A DNA stretch of 64,000 bases. Origin: Pseudovirgaria hyperparasitica. Lineage: Eukaryota. Shown in pieces: positions 35,121 to 48,192 of the stretch. The DNA is taken from assembly GCA_010093815.1 (NCBI GenBank), contig ML996570.1; one strand, 5' to 3'. Position numbers and translations under genes: made by a program. Within the stretch, counting starts at the first letter, position 1, and each line of letters begins with the position of its first letter. The notes under the pieces were generated by a model. The model was given only the letters and a program-made list of their open reading frames with translations, searched no databases and was not told where the DNA came from.

Positions 35121-35580
35121 AAGAATTTGGTGGTTGATGGATATGTCATCGCGTAGAATGGTAGGCAGGAGGGGTCTGAAGAAGAAAAGACGCTAATTCG
35201 CAGATAAAAAGTTCCGTTCTGGGGCGTGGTGGATCTGGTTATATGTCTGGTCGAAGAACCGGTTGCCGAGACTTGCTTTTATGGTTCGGGTCATGATATG
35301 TCATGTGATGTGATGTGATGTAGGCTGGCTGTATGTGGAGCGCTTTAATGCGAAAGACTCTGTCCGGAACAGACGACAAGCGCGGAAGAGACGCGCGCAT
35401 GCCAGGTTCGGCGCGGCCGATATTGTGTGGATGGGAGGCTCTGACTTAGACTCGCAGCTATTGAAGCCGATACTGTTCAGCCTGCGATCTTCCTTTCATC
35501 AGATCATCAGGGTCGTTGACCAGCGTCAGACACACCCGTATATACTTCCAAGATCCTTTTCGAAACGAGGGGTTGAGGGA

Positions 35581-37032
35581 TCAATACGTCTCTGGTGTCT
35601 CCCACGTTGCCTTCTCACAACCTGTTGCGCCTTCTTCTCTAAAGTCGAAGCCCATCTTCTTGATCTTCTTTATATCCCACCCAGATAAGAAATGCTCGCG
35701 CTTGTCCTCTACAGCATGCCCGTATTTAATACCCCATCCGAACCGACATCGTCGCATTGTGTATGACCATTGGAAGCAGTTGAAATCGTTTTCGCACGCA
35801 ACCCTGCATGCTACGGATGACGTGTGCCCGAGGCCGTTTGGAGAATCCGTGTCGGACAGGTTATCCCAGAAATCGCGGGTGCTTTCCTCGAAAAGCTTGC
35901 CCTGTCGGTGATAGAGTAGGGTGGAATGTAGAACAGGCTTCTATATGCAGTATTAGTTGGATGGCTGGGGCAAAAAAAGTAGCGGCGGGCATACCTGGTC
36001 ATCATATCTCGTTCTCTCCCAATGCCATGTGTCGTTCATCTGCTGACTCGACAAACGATGCATCGCCAGGAGCGGTACACACCAAGTGCGCCGATCAACT
36101 TGCACCTTGATGAACTCCTCTCCATTAAAGGTTGGCCATAATCTTTTCATGGTGACGCCTGTCCTGTCATATATCACGTTGGCCAATATAATGTCCCCGC
36201 AGCATTCTTCTCTGGCCCATTGCTCATATTGTTCGCTTGGTATCGATCGATCAAAAATGCTTGGACGCAAATACTTCTTCATGAGCCCTTTCGACATGAC
36301 GAAGCCGGCGCCGCCATAGGGGAAGTGGCCCGCCTTTGAGCCCGCGACTGGGGCCCCGATAAGATGCTGGTCGGTAGGATCATATTGCGACAGAAGTCGA
36401 AACATAGTATCCCAGAAGATGTAGCTGTCCGTCTCGATAAAGATGTACCACTCCGCGTTTGGCTTCAATGCATGTGCCTTCTCCACCATCGGCAGAAACT
36501 TGAATTTATCCAGCTTCCAGCCTTCCCCTGTGTATTGCATCTCTTCTCCGGCTTGTGCAGCAGCCTTCTGGAGGGCATATGCGTCAAAGTCAGGGTTGTC
36601 TACACGGTAGGACTGAGGGAGGTCAGCGAGGACATCGATAAAGTCGTGCTTCCCGCGCCGCTCTTCAAGATCAGACACGACAATAAGATTGTGGATACAG
36701 GAGGAGACAGTCGTAAGCTGAGATGCAATCCGTTCGTGCTCTCCAGAACCTGTCCGTAACACGATTTGGATGCGGTCGAGTAGGTGCGAAGGAAAGTTCG
36801 AACAGAAGTCAGCATTGCTATTCTCGACAGCGGTAGGGGATAGCGGTGGAAACAGAGCACGAGGCTGCCAGTCGTAGAATGGTATCCGGGGCGGTGGAGG
36901 GTCTCTACTCCAGAACAAGAAGAGAACGGTCGTGGAAAGTATGACGAAGACGACAAGAATGAATCGTGCAGGCCTTCGAGCCATGCGCGAAAGAGCGCCG
37001 GACAGGGCCGGCGTTGGTGTGAAGGTAGGCAT
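35581..37032 (-). CDS. Glycosyltransferase family 31 (Fringe-like), type II membrane protein, 2 exons
   Basis: N-terminal TM, GWKLDKFKFLPM, WYIFIETDSY (DxD variant), FPYGGAGFVMS, CCGD. Intron 35994-35941 leads to a Cys-containing last exon ending ...FLSGWDIKKI...TWETPETY. Confidence 0.9.
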
Positions 37033-37684
37033 AACGAGTGTCAAGGGTCAAACGACAGCATGGCAGAGAAGTATGGAAGAGGAGAAGGGCGAGTCCGTAC
37101 TGGTTGTAGTGTTTGGAAAGCTGAAGACGGACAGATTATTTTTCAATGCACCCGAGAGTCTAGAGAGATGTCAATCGCGTGGTCCTCCTGAACCTGGGTC
37201 AGGCCAACCCAAAGCAGCCTAGCCGTTTTCAGCCCTTCCTTTACCTGCGGGATGTCAGGGGGAATGGATTGTCAGCTCCGCAAACGGCGTCAGGCCCGCT
37301 CCTTAGTCCTTATGGCGTCTGCACTGTTTACTTGTCTAATGCCGATTTCTTGGCTAACACACTTCAGCTTCAGTCTTGGATGCCAAGCCGAAATGGCTGT
37401 TGAAGCTACCTAGATCAACAAAGTATCACCATCAGGTATGCGCTTTCTATGCGACACTTGCTATTTGATCAAAACCGAGAGTCAAGCCTCTCTCTCTGCT
37501 TGCACGCCTTGGGGCAACATAAGCACTTGGATGAGCAGATACACGCGATTGGTCGCCACTATGGCTTTACCTAGTGTCTTATTGGCGGCCTGCGATACGT
37601 CCATCTAAACCACAGTCTTAAAAGCTCCGCTCCGACTGTGGTCAGCACAGTAATGCGAATACTGTCCCATTCAGCTTCATCATC

Positions 37685-40600
37685 ATGGCAAGCAATGAGA
37701 GCCTCGTCCGAGCGGCGCCCTTGCCAGACATCCTTCCAACCATCGGCAGCTTCTTCAGGCAAGCTGTAGCATTGTATCCTGACCATGTCGCACTTTCTTG
37801 TCCTCACCAATCGTCGGATCTCTTTGGCATGTGCAGCATTCCTTTGGACGCCGACGAGTACCGCGAGAAGCCTTGGCTACGTTGGTCGTACACAGTCTTC
37901 AAACAATGCGTCGATAGATTTGCGTCTGGGCTCAGAGCCCACGGAATCTCCTGCGGAACCTCTATCGTAACCTTTCTTCCAAATGTCGCTGAATATATGA
38001 TTTGTTTCTGGGCTGCTGACGCGTTAGGGTGTTCTTTTGTACCAATCAACCCAAAAAACTTGACCAATGTGGCGGAGGTGAGTAGTGAAGAGCTCTATTT
38101 TCAGAGCACAAAATAATACTTATGGACCAAAGGTTGATCACATGTTACGAACAATGTTATCTGTAGGGCCTAGCTCTGAAGGGGCAGTCATAATTGCGGG
38201 GAGTGACACGATGGAAAAGGTCGACGTGCTCGCCATCCCTGAATCAACTTTGAAATGTGTAGTCGGAGTGTCAACATCGTCGGATTGGGTGCCATTCGAA
38301 CAACTGTGTCAACCCAAGTAAGTCGATCTCTAAGATGAATCAGTCACTCGTAACGTGACCAGTGCTGGACCGGGAGCTGGACTCAACAAACATGATGACG
38401 GCTTTGAATCTTCAAATCTGCACAGTCTTGTCATGTTCACCAGTGGAACTACATCCTTACCTAAAGGTCAGTTAGTGACGACGGTGTGAAGTATATAAAT
38501 GACACAATAATCCAGGCTGTTTGCTGGACCAAGATATTCTAAGAGCAACCTACATGCAATGGAAAATAGGTAACGAGGTAACCCATAGACCAGACACTAT
38601 AGTTTGTCATGCCTTGCCAAACAACCACATGGCTGCAATGCATTATATGCTTCATACCCTAAGCGAAGGTGGTATGATCATGCATCCTGGACCTAGTTTC
38701 GATCCCGATCTTCTTCTTAAGATGTCGACTATAGAGAGATGCACGCTCTTGTTACTGGTACCGGCAGCACTTCAAGGCGTTGTTGCGGCCGCTGCAGGAC
38801 TTCCAAAGGTACATTCCCTGGAATCTATCACATTGGGTGGTGCTGCTCCGACTATCAGAGATATAGAACTGGCCTATAACGGTCTGGGAACTCCAAACGT
38901 CGAACACGTTTTTGGGATGACCGAAGGCGTCGTCACATCCACGGGTCGCGTTTCGTCATCTGCCGACATAGTGAGAAATGGACTGACGACGTGTGGGAAA
39001 GCCAGACATGGCAGTTGTCTTAAGATATGCGCTCCTGGGGAGCGCCATCCAGTTCCCCGGGGCGTCCCTGGAGAATTGCACGCGAGTGGTCCTTACATCG
39101 TTCGTGGTTATATTGGCCTCAACAGCGACTCTTTCTACAAGGACTCTGATGGAAGATCTTGGTTCAACACTGGAGATCAAGCTTTCATTGATGATGAGGA
39201 CTTTTTATTCATCTCTGGCCGGTACAAAGAAATGCTTATTCGTGGCGCCGAGAACATTTCGCCCGCGGCAGTCGAAGCTGCTATTTCAACAGTACCTGAT
39301 CTTGCTTTACGTCAGATCCAGATAACTGGGGTACCGGATGAGGCTGCTGGGCAAGTGCTGGTGGCTATTTCAGCACAGGTACTAGATTCTGCGACCCAGA
39401 AACGTGTAAGGAATGTCATAATCGACCGCATGGGTACTATGTTTGTTCCCGAGACGTTTTACCACCTCGAAGAGCTTGGCTTGGCAACTTATCCGACGAC
39501 CAGTCTGGGAAAGATACAGAAAATACCGCTCGCTGCTATCATCGCCCAGCATCGTGGGCGTAAGCTCAGCAGTGACTACACATTCCCAACAGACAACAGA
39601 GAAATCATGGGTCCAACTATATCATTGGCTAAGCTCCAAGATACTTTACGGAAGACCTGGGCTCGAGCTGTCGGATTAGACGTCGTTGATGTACCACTGA
39701 ACCTTTTAGTAACAGAATTCGCGGACAGCGTAACTGCAATGCGTGTCCGTAGTATGATTCGGAAGCAAGTTGAACGTGACATCACACTTGTCGAATTGAC
39801 AACCACGACCATTGAGCAACAAGCGCAATTGCTCCACTCACGTCCTCCATTCAATGTCAGCAACGCCGTTATCGCCACGAAACAAAGGCCTGGTCCTCCG
39901 TTGGCCGATGATATGACACATTTAGCTGGACGTGAGGAGTCTCTTGAGGACACAAAGCAGCTCGTTGAACGAACTTTGACTCCTTTAGGGCTCAGCTGGG
40001 ACGATGTTGAGGATGTTATACCTGCTTATGACTTTAATCAAGTTATTTCAAAGGCGAGAATCGTCGATTCGCTTACATGGAACTTTGCTATACTACCAAA
40101 GAAGTTTCGGGCCGCCGATATTGGAGCAGTTATCGAGAAACTCTTGAAAGTACATCCTCTATTTCGTTCATTCTTTATACGGGATACAGACACTCTTAAT
40201 ATGGGACGGCTGGCTCTTCACATTATTATGCGTCCAAGACCATCACTCCTCAGTCGCATTATACTCCAGGCTGGTTCTGTTAAGACTGTGGCGGACCTCG
40301 CAGCTATCGTGCACAATTACCCTACACCCTCTCATGCCATAATTCCCGGCCCAATGGCCGTCTTCACCATCTACACTATCGAGGAAAGTGGTCTAGCAGG
40401 CTTCATTCTGCGTGGTAAGCAGCTTCCCTTCGCTATAACCTTGAAAACTGTTTTTCCTATCGGCGTACTCGTCACCCTTGACTAATAGCTATCAGCGAGC
40501 CATACCATGTTGGATGCTTCATATGGCCGTCTATTACTCGAAGACATTGAAAGAGTCTGTGGTGGTCTTTCACCCAATCCCCACGTCGATTACAAGCTAT

Positions 40601-41442
40601 GGGCCGACTGTTATTATTCATTTCGTGACTCGCCACAAGCCTTAGCCGCTACCAAGTATCATATACGACAACTTGCTGACCTTAGTGCTCATCGGAATGC
40701 ACTATGGCCCCCTCGTTCGTCTTGGATGTATTCCCGCGCTTCTCATGACGGCTACAGATACGCGTTCGATTGTCCCGGTATCATCACTCTCCGCAAACGG
40801 AATCCCGTGTTGACCCCATCCGCAATCTTCAAATCAGCGTTGGTACTGCTCAACGTATCCCAAACTGGCCACAGCCATGCATTGTTCTCAAATATGGAAT
40901 CCGCACGAACAGCTTTCCCGTTCCTTCCAGCCTCCATGGCACAGCTCCCCCAACTTGATCCCATAGAAGTAGCAGGACAATGCATGACCAGTGTCATCAA
41001 CCTAATATCTTTACGTGATCATGAAACACTTCTCGCCTTCCTAGCGCGAATTCAAGACGACCAAACCAATTCGATACGCTACGCTGAGGCGCCCTGGCAC
41101 GGAGTCATGGATGGGTTGAATGACGCTGGACATTTGCTCCCAGAAGTTCTATGTCACCAGATCTTTAATTGGGTGCCTGAGTTACTGACGTTGAACGATA
41201 CAGATACATTCGACAACTTTCGCGTCGTGGACACGTTCAACGGTCCGGTGATTGGCTTGGGTTTGACCGCAGCTTTTGGTGGGAAGACTGGGGTTGCGGC
41301 AGCAATACACCTGAGGGGCATAGGAACAAGTTTAGAGGAGAAGAAGAGACTGGCAACGAAGTTCGAAAGTTTGTTGATGTGGCTGGTGAATGAGGCAAAT
41401 TGGAGTAAAGGGATGGGAGAGGAGTGGAAAGAGTGCCTCTAA
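37685..41442 (+). CDS. Single-module NRPS-like protein (A-T-C), 5 exons
   Basis: Introns 38078-38132, 38318-38362, 38467-38515, 40415-40495. A-domain motifs MFTSGTTSLPKG, FGMTEG, GELHASG, WFNTGD, GRYKEMLIRGAEN, GKIQK; carrier motif FADSVTAMR; condensation-like SHTMLDA. Confidence 0.88.
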
Positions 41443-41789
41443 AGGTCGGCATCTAAAGTGATGTTCATGGCGGATCATGGACTACATATCTACTGTAGGA
41501 CTCAGGAAATTCTTGCAGTAAAGTCACAGTCGGCTGTCGCCACTGTGTTGACGAGTTTCAACTTGAACGGCTATCAGCCCTATGAACAGTTCCGTTTAGT
41601 TCAGTGGTCAGTGACATTCAAAATAGTCCATCTAATCCATTGATATCCCAGTAAAAAGATATCTGGATACTCAACAACACGCTACTAACCCTAATTTATT
41701 ATAGCCTAATCATTTTATCTCCTAACACGGGTTTCGTGTGGGGAAATGAACTGACCAGAATATTCTGCTACGTCTCACTGTACCCTCTT

Positions 41790-42540
41790 GATGGTTGACG
41801 CCAAGCTGTGTCAACACTCTTCATATATCTGCCTTCACTCGAGACTTTCTGCAAACTTCGAAATATTACTCCCCACTGTCAGTCCGAAAAATCTGGCGCG
41901 CCACTCGTCACGATCGGTAACCTCAACTTTCCGCCCTCCCTCATCCGCCTCTGCGAAGCTCCCTATTCTCGTTTCCACACCCATACATCTCCAGAATGCC
42001 TCTCACACCACCCAGATGCTTGGCGGACTCTACCCAATACTCCAACGCCCGCGGCTCAATCGTATTTGGGTTGTAGTACTCTTGCTTGACTAAATATCTC
42101 TCATAACTCACGCTCCTTACGTGCGATGAGCATCTCGGGCACATGCGGCACGGAAAAAGAGCCAAGGTGCCAGCATCACACGCCACGCTTCTCAATTTGC
42201 GCACTCACATTCTCCAGCGTCGAGAAACTGCTCTCCCAACACCCAAACCCGCTCAACAACATCTTCCAGAATCTCAGCCTCAGCACCCAGTCTCTTCATG
42301 TCACCGCCACAGCATGTGCGCAGTCTGCGCCGCGGTCTTCGCCATGAAGGTCGAGCCGTGACCGGCCCAGCGAAATCATCATTTCGGCCATGTCGGCGGC
42401 TTTGGCGTCACTGTCGTACCCGTCGGTGCTAGGGGGTTTGTACATCTGGTCGAAGCCGCGCAGATCCGACGCAAGGACGTTGAAGTGAGGTGTGAGTGGA
42501 GGGAGCACATAGTACTAGTAGAGCTTCTACGCGGTACTTC
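41790..42540 (-). pseudogene. Decayed alpha/beta-hydrolase (epoxide hydrolase/haloacetate dehalogenase-like)
   Basis: Residual motifs DLRGF, DGYDS, LHGEDRGA, WHL..VPHVPEMLI, GGVRGILE, EEC*HSLA; interrupted by in-frame stops (42515, 42296, 42176, 42101) and frameshifts; N-terminus missing. Confidence 0.85.
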
Positions 42541-43695
42541 TGCACAGTTTGTCGACGGAAAGTATCGCGTAGCTGCTCTCTTTATATGTGCAGTTCGCGG
42601 CCGAGTATGCTAGCACTGCGCGCTCATTTGTCGTGAATACGAGTTGGAATACGGTTGCGGCTCTCGCGCATGCAGGGATCGGGGCATTATTTGTGCCGTG
42701 TCGTAGACTTGTGTATTTGTAGAAAACTGCGGGGACTGAGAGCGAAACTCCAGGCGACGTTGTGGATGCAGCGCGTGTATGAGGCGAGGCAGCAATTTTG
42801 TAGCCACGGAATGATGATCAGTGGGCCCGGAGGAGGGCTTGAGGGTTTGCGAGTAACTTGAGGTGAGAAATGGTGAGGAAGGAGGTTTGGTTTTGGTTGG
42901 ACAAGGAGGTGAGCGAGGCGAAAAGATTTAAAGGGGTTGTGAGAATCGAAGGATCCATGTTCCTCGAAATCGAGACGATTGGGGTGAATATCAAGACCTA
43001 TTCACGAGAGCCGTATATGTTCAAGTTTGACCTCAAGTCAAGCTGTCAAACCTGATCCGAACCTCAGGCTAGATGAGAAAGAAATTGCATTGTTCAACAG
43101 TGTTCGCGGCTCAATACATTCAAGTACGCGCACGTGCCTTCTTCCACCGACTCACCTACCCACCACAACAACAAGTGCCAGAACGACAAAATATAGGTTG
43201 CTGAAAGTTTGGAACTTTCGGCGAGCTGTGATGGCGCAGTGGCATAGTGTCTGAGCTCGCAATCAAGAAGTACCCTCAAGGAACGCTAATCTCCTAGGGC
43301 GCGCGGGTTCAAGCCTGGGCGTGGTAGTAGTATTTCCTTTCTGTGTTTCCCTTTTGCTCTTGACTCCGATTTTTGGTCTCTTTCGCCGGGGAGCTGCGAT
43401 CGGAGCCCCTGAGCTTTTTGTTGGCTGTCTGAGCTTACGCTGCTTCGCTTTTTGATGCTTATTGTGAGTTTTTCGTGAGTTTGTCGCTTTGTGTATACAT
43501 GGAAGAGCGGCTCGGCGAGTTGAACGCGGCTCAGCGAGTCTGCCCAATGAGGGACCCGTGTCGACCATGAGTCTGAATGTGCAAAAGTAGCAACACAATA
43601 ACAGTAATCCTATAACTTACTTACTCCGGCCAATGCTGATGCTTATGCTTATGCTAAAATAGATTACCTCGCTGGTCCATAACAACAGACAAGTA

Positions 43696-44746
43696 TTATA
43701 AAACTGGCTTCTTCTCCTCAAGGCCAGACTCGCCGCGCAATCTCTGCACAACAGGTCCGAACACAAACTCCCCCTCCGCGTCCTTCTTTAGACACGGACT
43801 ATTACGAATGGGCAAGAACCAATCGACGTATGAATCTCCCAAGACCTGCTTACAATTTAGGAGCGGTCCAAGATCCCACACGTTCTCTCCCGGGGAAGTG
43901 TTCTTCGCTACCCGATCCGCGCCCGTTCCAATCGCCAGCCAATGCACAACATGGCTCTTGTTCAGAACTTCAATCGTGGTGCGATTCGCAAGGAGCATGG
44001 GGATATGCGTGGCCAACATTCCGAAACAGAAGAAGCCAAATACGGCAGGAAGCACAATCGCGACAACCCATTGACCTGGTATGCTGCCAGTGACTCGCTT
44101 CCTCTCCGCCACCAAAACCGCTGAAGTGATTAGGCAGAACAGGCAGTCTAGGAACGCATATGCTAAGAACTGTATGAAGAACTTGTATGTCGTTTCCCCA
44201 AGACACCCGCCGACCCAAGGACAGAAATGATCCATTTTGCGCACGCAACGTCCTAGCTCAGAACAATGGTGGGTGCGATCAGGTTTCCAGTTTTTGCATG
44301 TATAGCACCATATCGGCAGTTTTTCGTCCACCGAGACACAGATGTAAGCAGCTTTATTGTAGAATTCGTCCAGGCCGCCGCGGTACGAAAGAGGTGAGGC
44401 ATCATCGGGACCGAATGGTATCAGCCCAGGGTTGGTGCCGAGGGTCGAAAGGATACGGAAGTACGGGAGAAACCATGCAAAATAAAGGATAACAGTCACT
44501 ACGATGATAGCAATGGCAGGGCCGTCACGACCTTGTCGGAGGAGATAATTGGCTGTGTGGATATAAGTTAGTATAGGTGTCGCGGACAGACGGCTGTGCT
44601 GCAACCTTACCTGCGAATTGTCCGATGAGAAGATAGCTCTCGTAAGTAGCGATACCAATAACGAGAAATGGAACGACTAATGCAGTCCAGACCACAATGC
44701 GCGAAGCTACGCGCTCGCCTTGAGACATGATAGGGGGGGTTTCCAT
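43696..44746 (-). CDS. PFA5: DHHC palmitoyltransferase, Pfa5-like, 2 exons
   Basis: Intron 44610-44553; CYTCKNWKPDRTHHCSELGRCVRKMDHFCPWVGG (DHFC variant), TTIE, WDLG..N. Confidence 0.88.
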
Positions 44747-45273
44747 CCTTATAAGCAGGCGATATCGTTGTTCCGGCTTTCGGGACGGTACTAGGCGTTT
44801 CAGAGCTTGCACAGGCTCAGACAATTGCTATATCGACGTCCAGAATGCATGGAGATGATGATCAGAGCAGTTTGCCGAGCAACTGAATTGTCTCCGAAGT
44901 GGTGGAGTGGGATGATAGAAAACAACGTGAATTAGGGTTGCGCCAAAGCAGGTAATAATGCGCGTCACGAATCCGGCCGAGATCTAGATTCATTCAAGCT
45001 TACGCTTACCTTTTCTAGTTAGTGGGCTGAAAGGAGAGGCATCTTTGTCCACTCTAATATGCGCTCTATACCACTGTGCATATAACACTCAATTACTGAG
45101 AGATAGAGATGCGCGTTTTTGCCTACGCTAGTACACTCTTAGGAGATTCTTGTGTCGGTCGAAGAGACATAAATGTCAGCCTGGCTCCGCAGTACCACCA
45201 TTCACTCTTACATCTTATTATTCTAGCATTCACACAAGATCAGTCGGTTTGCTTCGGTACAGAATTATGAGAC

Positions 45274-47183
45274 CTAATCACCCTCCTTCTTTTTAGCTTT
45301 CTTTTTCTTCCTGCCTTCCGCACCACTACCAGCTCCAACTCCAATCTCGACCTCCCCCTTACTCACGCCCCCCACCGGCCGACTTGCACCCAAACTGATT
45401 CCTTTGAGCCCATAATTATCCTTCAGATGATCCGGTGTACCTCTTGACCCCGGCCGTGGGCTTGGTGTCGACTCTCGTGCTCGCTCCACGTCTGTTCCGC
45501 CTATCTCATCAGACGACCACCAGCCTGCTGTCTTTCCAGTCAAATGCGACGCAGCCGGCGACTGTGGTTCTTTCGCAGATGCGATCACCCGATCAGTTGT
45601 GGATGTGGGAGTGCTTGGGATTCGGGAGCTAATGCTAGGCAGGTTTTCCGAAAATTTACGGCTGGCGAGCGGAGAGGTAGGCGAGTCATACGCGTCCTCA
45701 TCGGTCGTATATGGTGCACTAAATGATGGTCTATTCATGAGTTGTGCCGGAGGTTGCAACCGTTGGTGGGTGCGGCGCTTCTCTGGGTCGGTGTATGTGT
45801 CGAGGGCCTGGAATACATGCGGGAAAACAAGTTTATCGACAGTTGATGCCCAGAGGAAGTCCAAATGCTCGTAGTGTGAAACCTCCTTTGCAGTGGTATG
45901 CGCCGGAAGCTGTTGCAACATGACATTGATGTCGACAAGCGAGTCAGACCCTCCGTAGACCAGAACAATTGGAGTCTTGATGTTGCGGGTGGGGAACTTG
46001 GCGACCTTGTAGTATTTGCCGCCCGTGCTGAAAGAGAGCGGTCCTTGGACTTCGTCATCGTACATCTGGAACTTTGCATTGCGCATGATCTGGAACCAAT
46101 GCACCACACTCTTGGTGGAGGTAAAGGAGTAGAGGTGTGGATATGCAGCAAGCTTCTGATGTGGCGAAATGTTTTGACCACGCCAGTTGAAAAGGAAAGT
46201 AAGAGACATGTCGATAAGACGAACAAATATGGGAGGATACAAGATAGCCTGCCACATTGTAGCGGAGCCCAATATAGCTCTTCGTCCAAATGCAAGGAAT
46301 AGAAGGTTAGGCGACGCTTTAACGAATGTGTCGACAACGGAACTGAAGACACCTTTCGGGCTCATGGCAGGTGCCAGGGCGATAAATACATCGATTTTAT
46401 CGTTGAGTGGCGGACTGACGGATAAAGCTGCAAATGCCTGAGCAGTCCCTTGGGAAAAGCCTATGTAGCTGAGAGACGATTGGTGTGTTGTTTCGAGAAT
46501 GTAGTTGACCGAATCAGGAATGTCGTGAAAAGCAAATTGATCCATGCTGAAATTCCAAAACTTGACATCCGCAGGGGAGCAATTAATACTCTTTTTCGAG
46601 TACTTGTTCCCTCGATTGTTGCCAAGCTACACAGATTAGCGATCCACCTTTCTCTACAGACAGCATCAGAACGTACCCAAACATCATAACCCTGCTCGAC
46701 CAACAAGAACGGGAGTACACGCTCTTTCTCAGTTATGCAAACCCAGACATCGCTGTTCATAAGCAGACCATGGTGCATATAGACGACCTTCTTCTTCAGA
46801 CTATCCGGTCCGCTATTAACCCTGACATGCTCTTCACCTTTCCTCCAGCCCAAGCGGTGCAGACCTAATAAATACCCGTCCCCAGTCTGCACTATATGTT
46901 CCTCTGCATAGTATCCATACAATGCACATAGCTCCACAAAGTCCTGAGCCTGAGCGATGGGCGAGGAAACGTTCTTTTTCTTATTGCGACTGCGTCGGCC
47001 TGCGGGAGATGAGAGGTGATTGAAGGCTCGACGGGAACCGCGATAGAAGAATCCGATGATTGGCGTGGGCAGTGCAAGGGTAATTATGCTTATGATGGAC
47101 TCGACGAATATAAGGACCATGGAGAGCACGAGGGTGACAAACTCGTAGGCATGTAGGCGACCGATGAAGGGAAGGGGTTGCAT
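45274..47183 (-). CDS. Acid-lipase family steryl-ester/triglyceride lipase (Tgl1/Yeh-like), 2 exons
   Basis: Intron 46676-46627; EEHIVQTGDGYLLGLHR, HHGLLMNS, GYDVW|LGNNRGN, GFSQG, YEHLDFLW. Confidence 0.92.
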
Positions 47184-47668
47184 GTCGGAGACGCCCGAAG
47201 GCACAAGCGACGGGCCTTCTACGTCGTGATTGTAGGACGTAAGGACACAAGAATCGTCTGCCCAGTGGCAGAGGCTTGGCTGCGTTGACAGTAGTGAGAG
47301 TCTTTTGAGAAGAGGAAGATTGCTATGCTCCGTCCAGACATAAGTTGTTGGTGTGGAGCATTGAGCTGTGGGCAGGGAAGGACCCTGAGCTAACGTGCTG
47401 AACCCGTTGGGAAATCGGCATGTGAAAGCGTTGGTTACTGCAGATGAGATGACGTCGCGTCGTCAATGCTGCCAAGACTGAGCACGTGCCAGCGGGTGTC
47501 ACGACCGTGCTCTGAGAAATATTGACAACTACAACAAAAGGTGATACGAGAAAGCAAACGCACCTCCAATACCTGACGATAGCCTCCGTCTCAACACTCG
47601 CACGTTTCGTCCAATGATTAGGTGACACGACGTCCACAAGTTTGACTTGAGAACCCCACATTGCCATC

Positions 47669-48192
47669 ATGCCGAGCTCATGCAAAGATATCCGTACGTC
47701 TTCCAAACGCACTCCGTCAAACATATCTGCAACCAGTCTCAGGCGGGCCTGTGTCAGTTGAAGACATTCACATCAACTCACTAATTATATTATCGCTCCA
47801 TAGGCACAGCCCTTGCGGCCTGCCTCCAAGAATCCGACTGCGTAATGGTGTCCCGCAACAGCGCCGCCGACTGTCTCCGCGAACCGCTCGTCAACACTCT
47901 GCCGCCCAAGTGCGTACAGCTTAAACACACATTCGGCGAGTGTAAGCGCGGCCTGATCGACATGCGCAAGCGCTTTCGAGGCAATATGCCCATTAGCGTG
48001 AGCAAAGAGCTGGAAGGAGGCGGCGCACAAGAGGGAAAGATGTTGTATGCAGGTCGGCCAGCATATTCATCGAATGAGGGTGGTGGTGGCCGGGAGAAGG
48101 GACCGATGAGTGAGAGTGATGCAGAGCTGATTGAACGCGAGCGACAGATCAATGCAGGGACGTTCAAGGGAGATTTGAGGGATAAGGAATAG
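47669..48192 (+). CDS. PET191: Cytochrome c oxidase assembly factor Pet191/Coa5 (twin CX9C), 2 exons
   Basis: MPSSCKDI|RTALAACLQESDCVM...CKRGLIDMRKRFRGN; intron 47694-47803. Confidence 0.93.

Noticed and set aside
35108..35180. Plus-strand C box (GTGATGA) and D box (CTGA) suggesting a C/D snoRNA
   Set aside because: No terminal stem or recognisable rRNA guide, and local G-U pairing favours the minus strand.
41645..41750. CTAACCCTAA (41685-41694) flanked by hairpins, resembling a telomerase RNA template, with an Sm-like GATTTTTGG at ~43368
   Set aside because: A ~2 kb telomerase RNA would run antisense through a clear hydrolase pseudogene, and I saw no convincing pseudoknot or CR4/5 P6.1. 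A cmscan with a Pezizomycotina TER model would settle it.
43263..43598. Basic 111-aa minus-strand ORF and a B-box-like GGTTCAAGCC on the plus strand
   Set aside because: Low-complexity composition with no domain, and no tRNA cloverleaf or A box.
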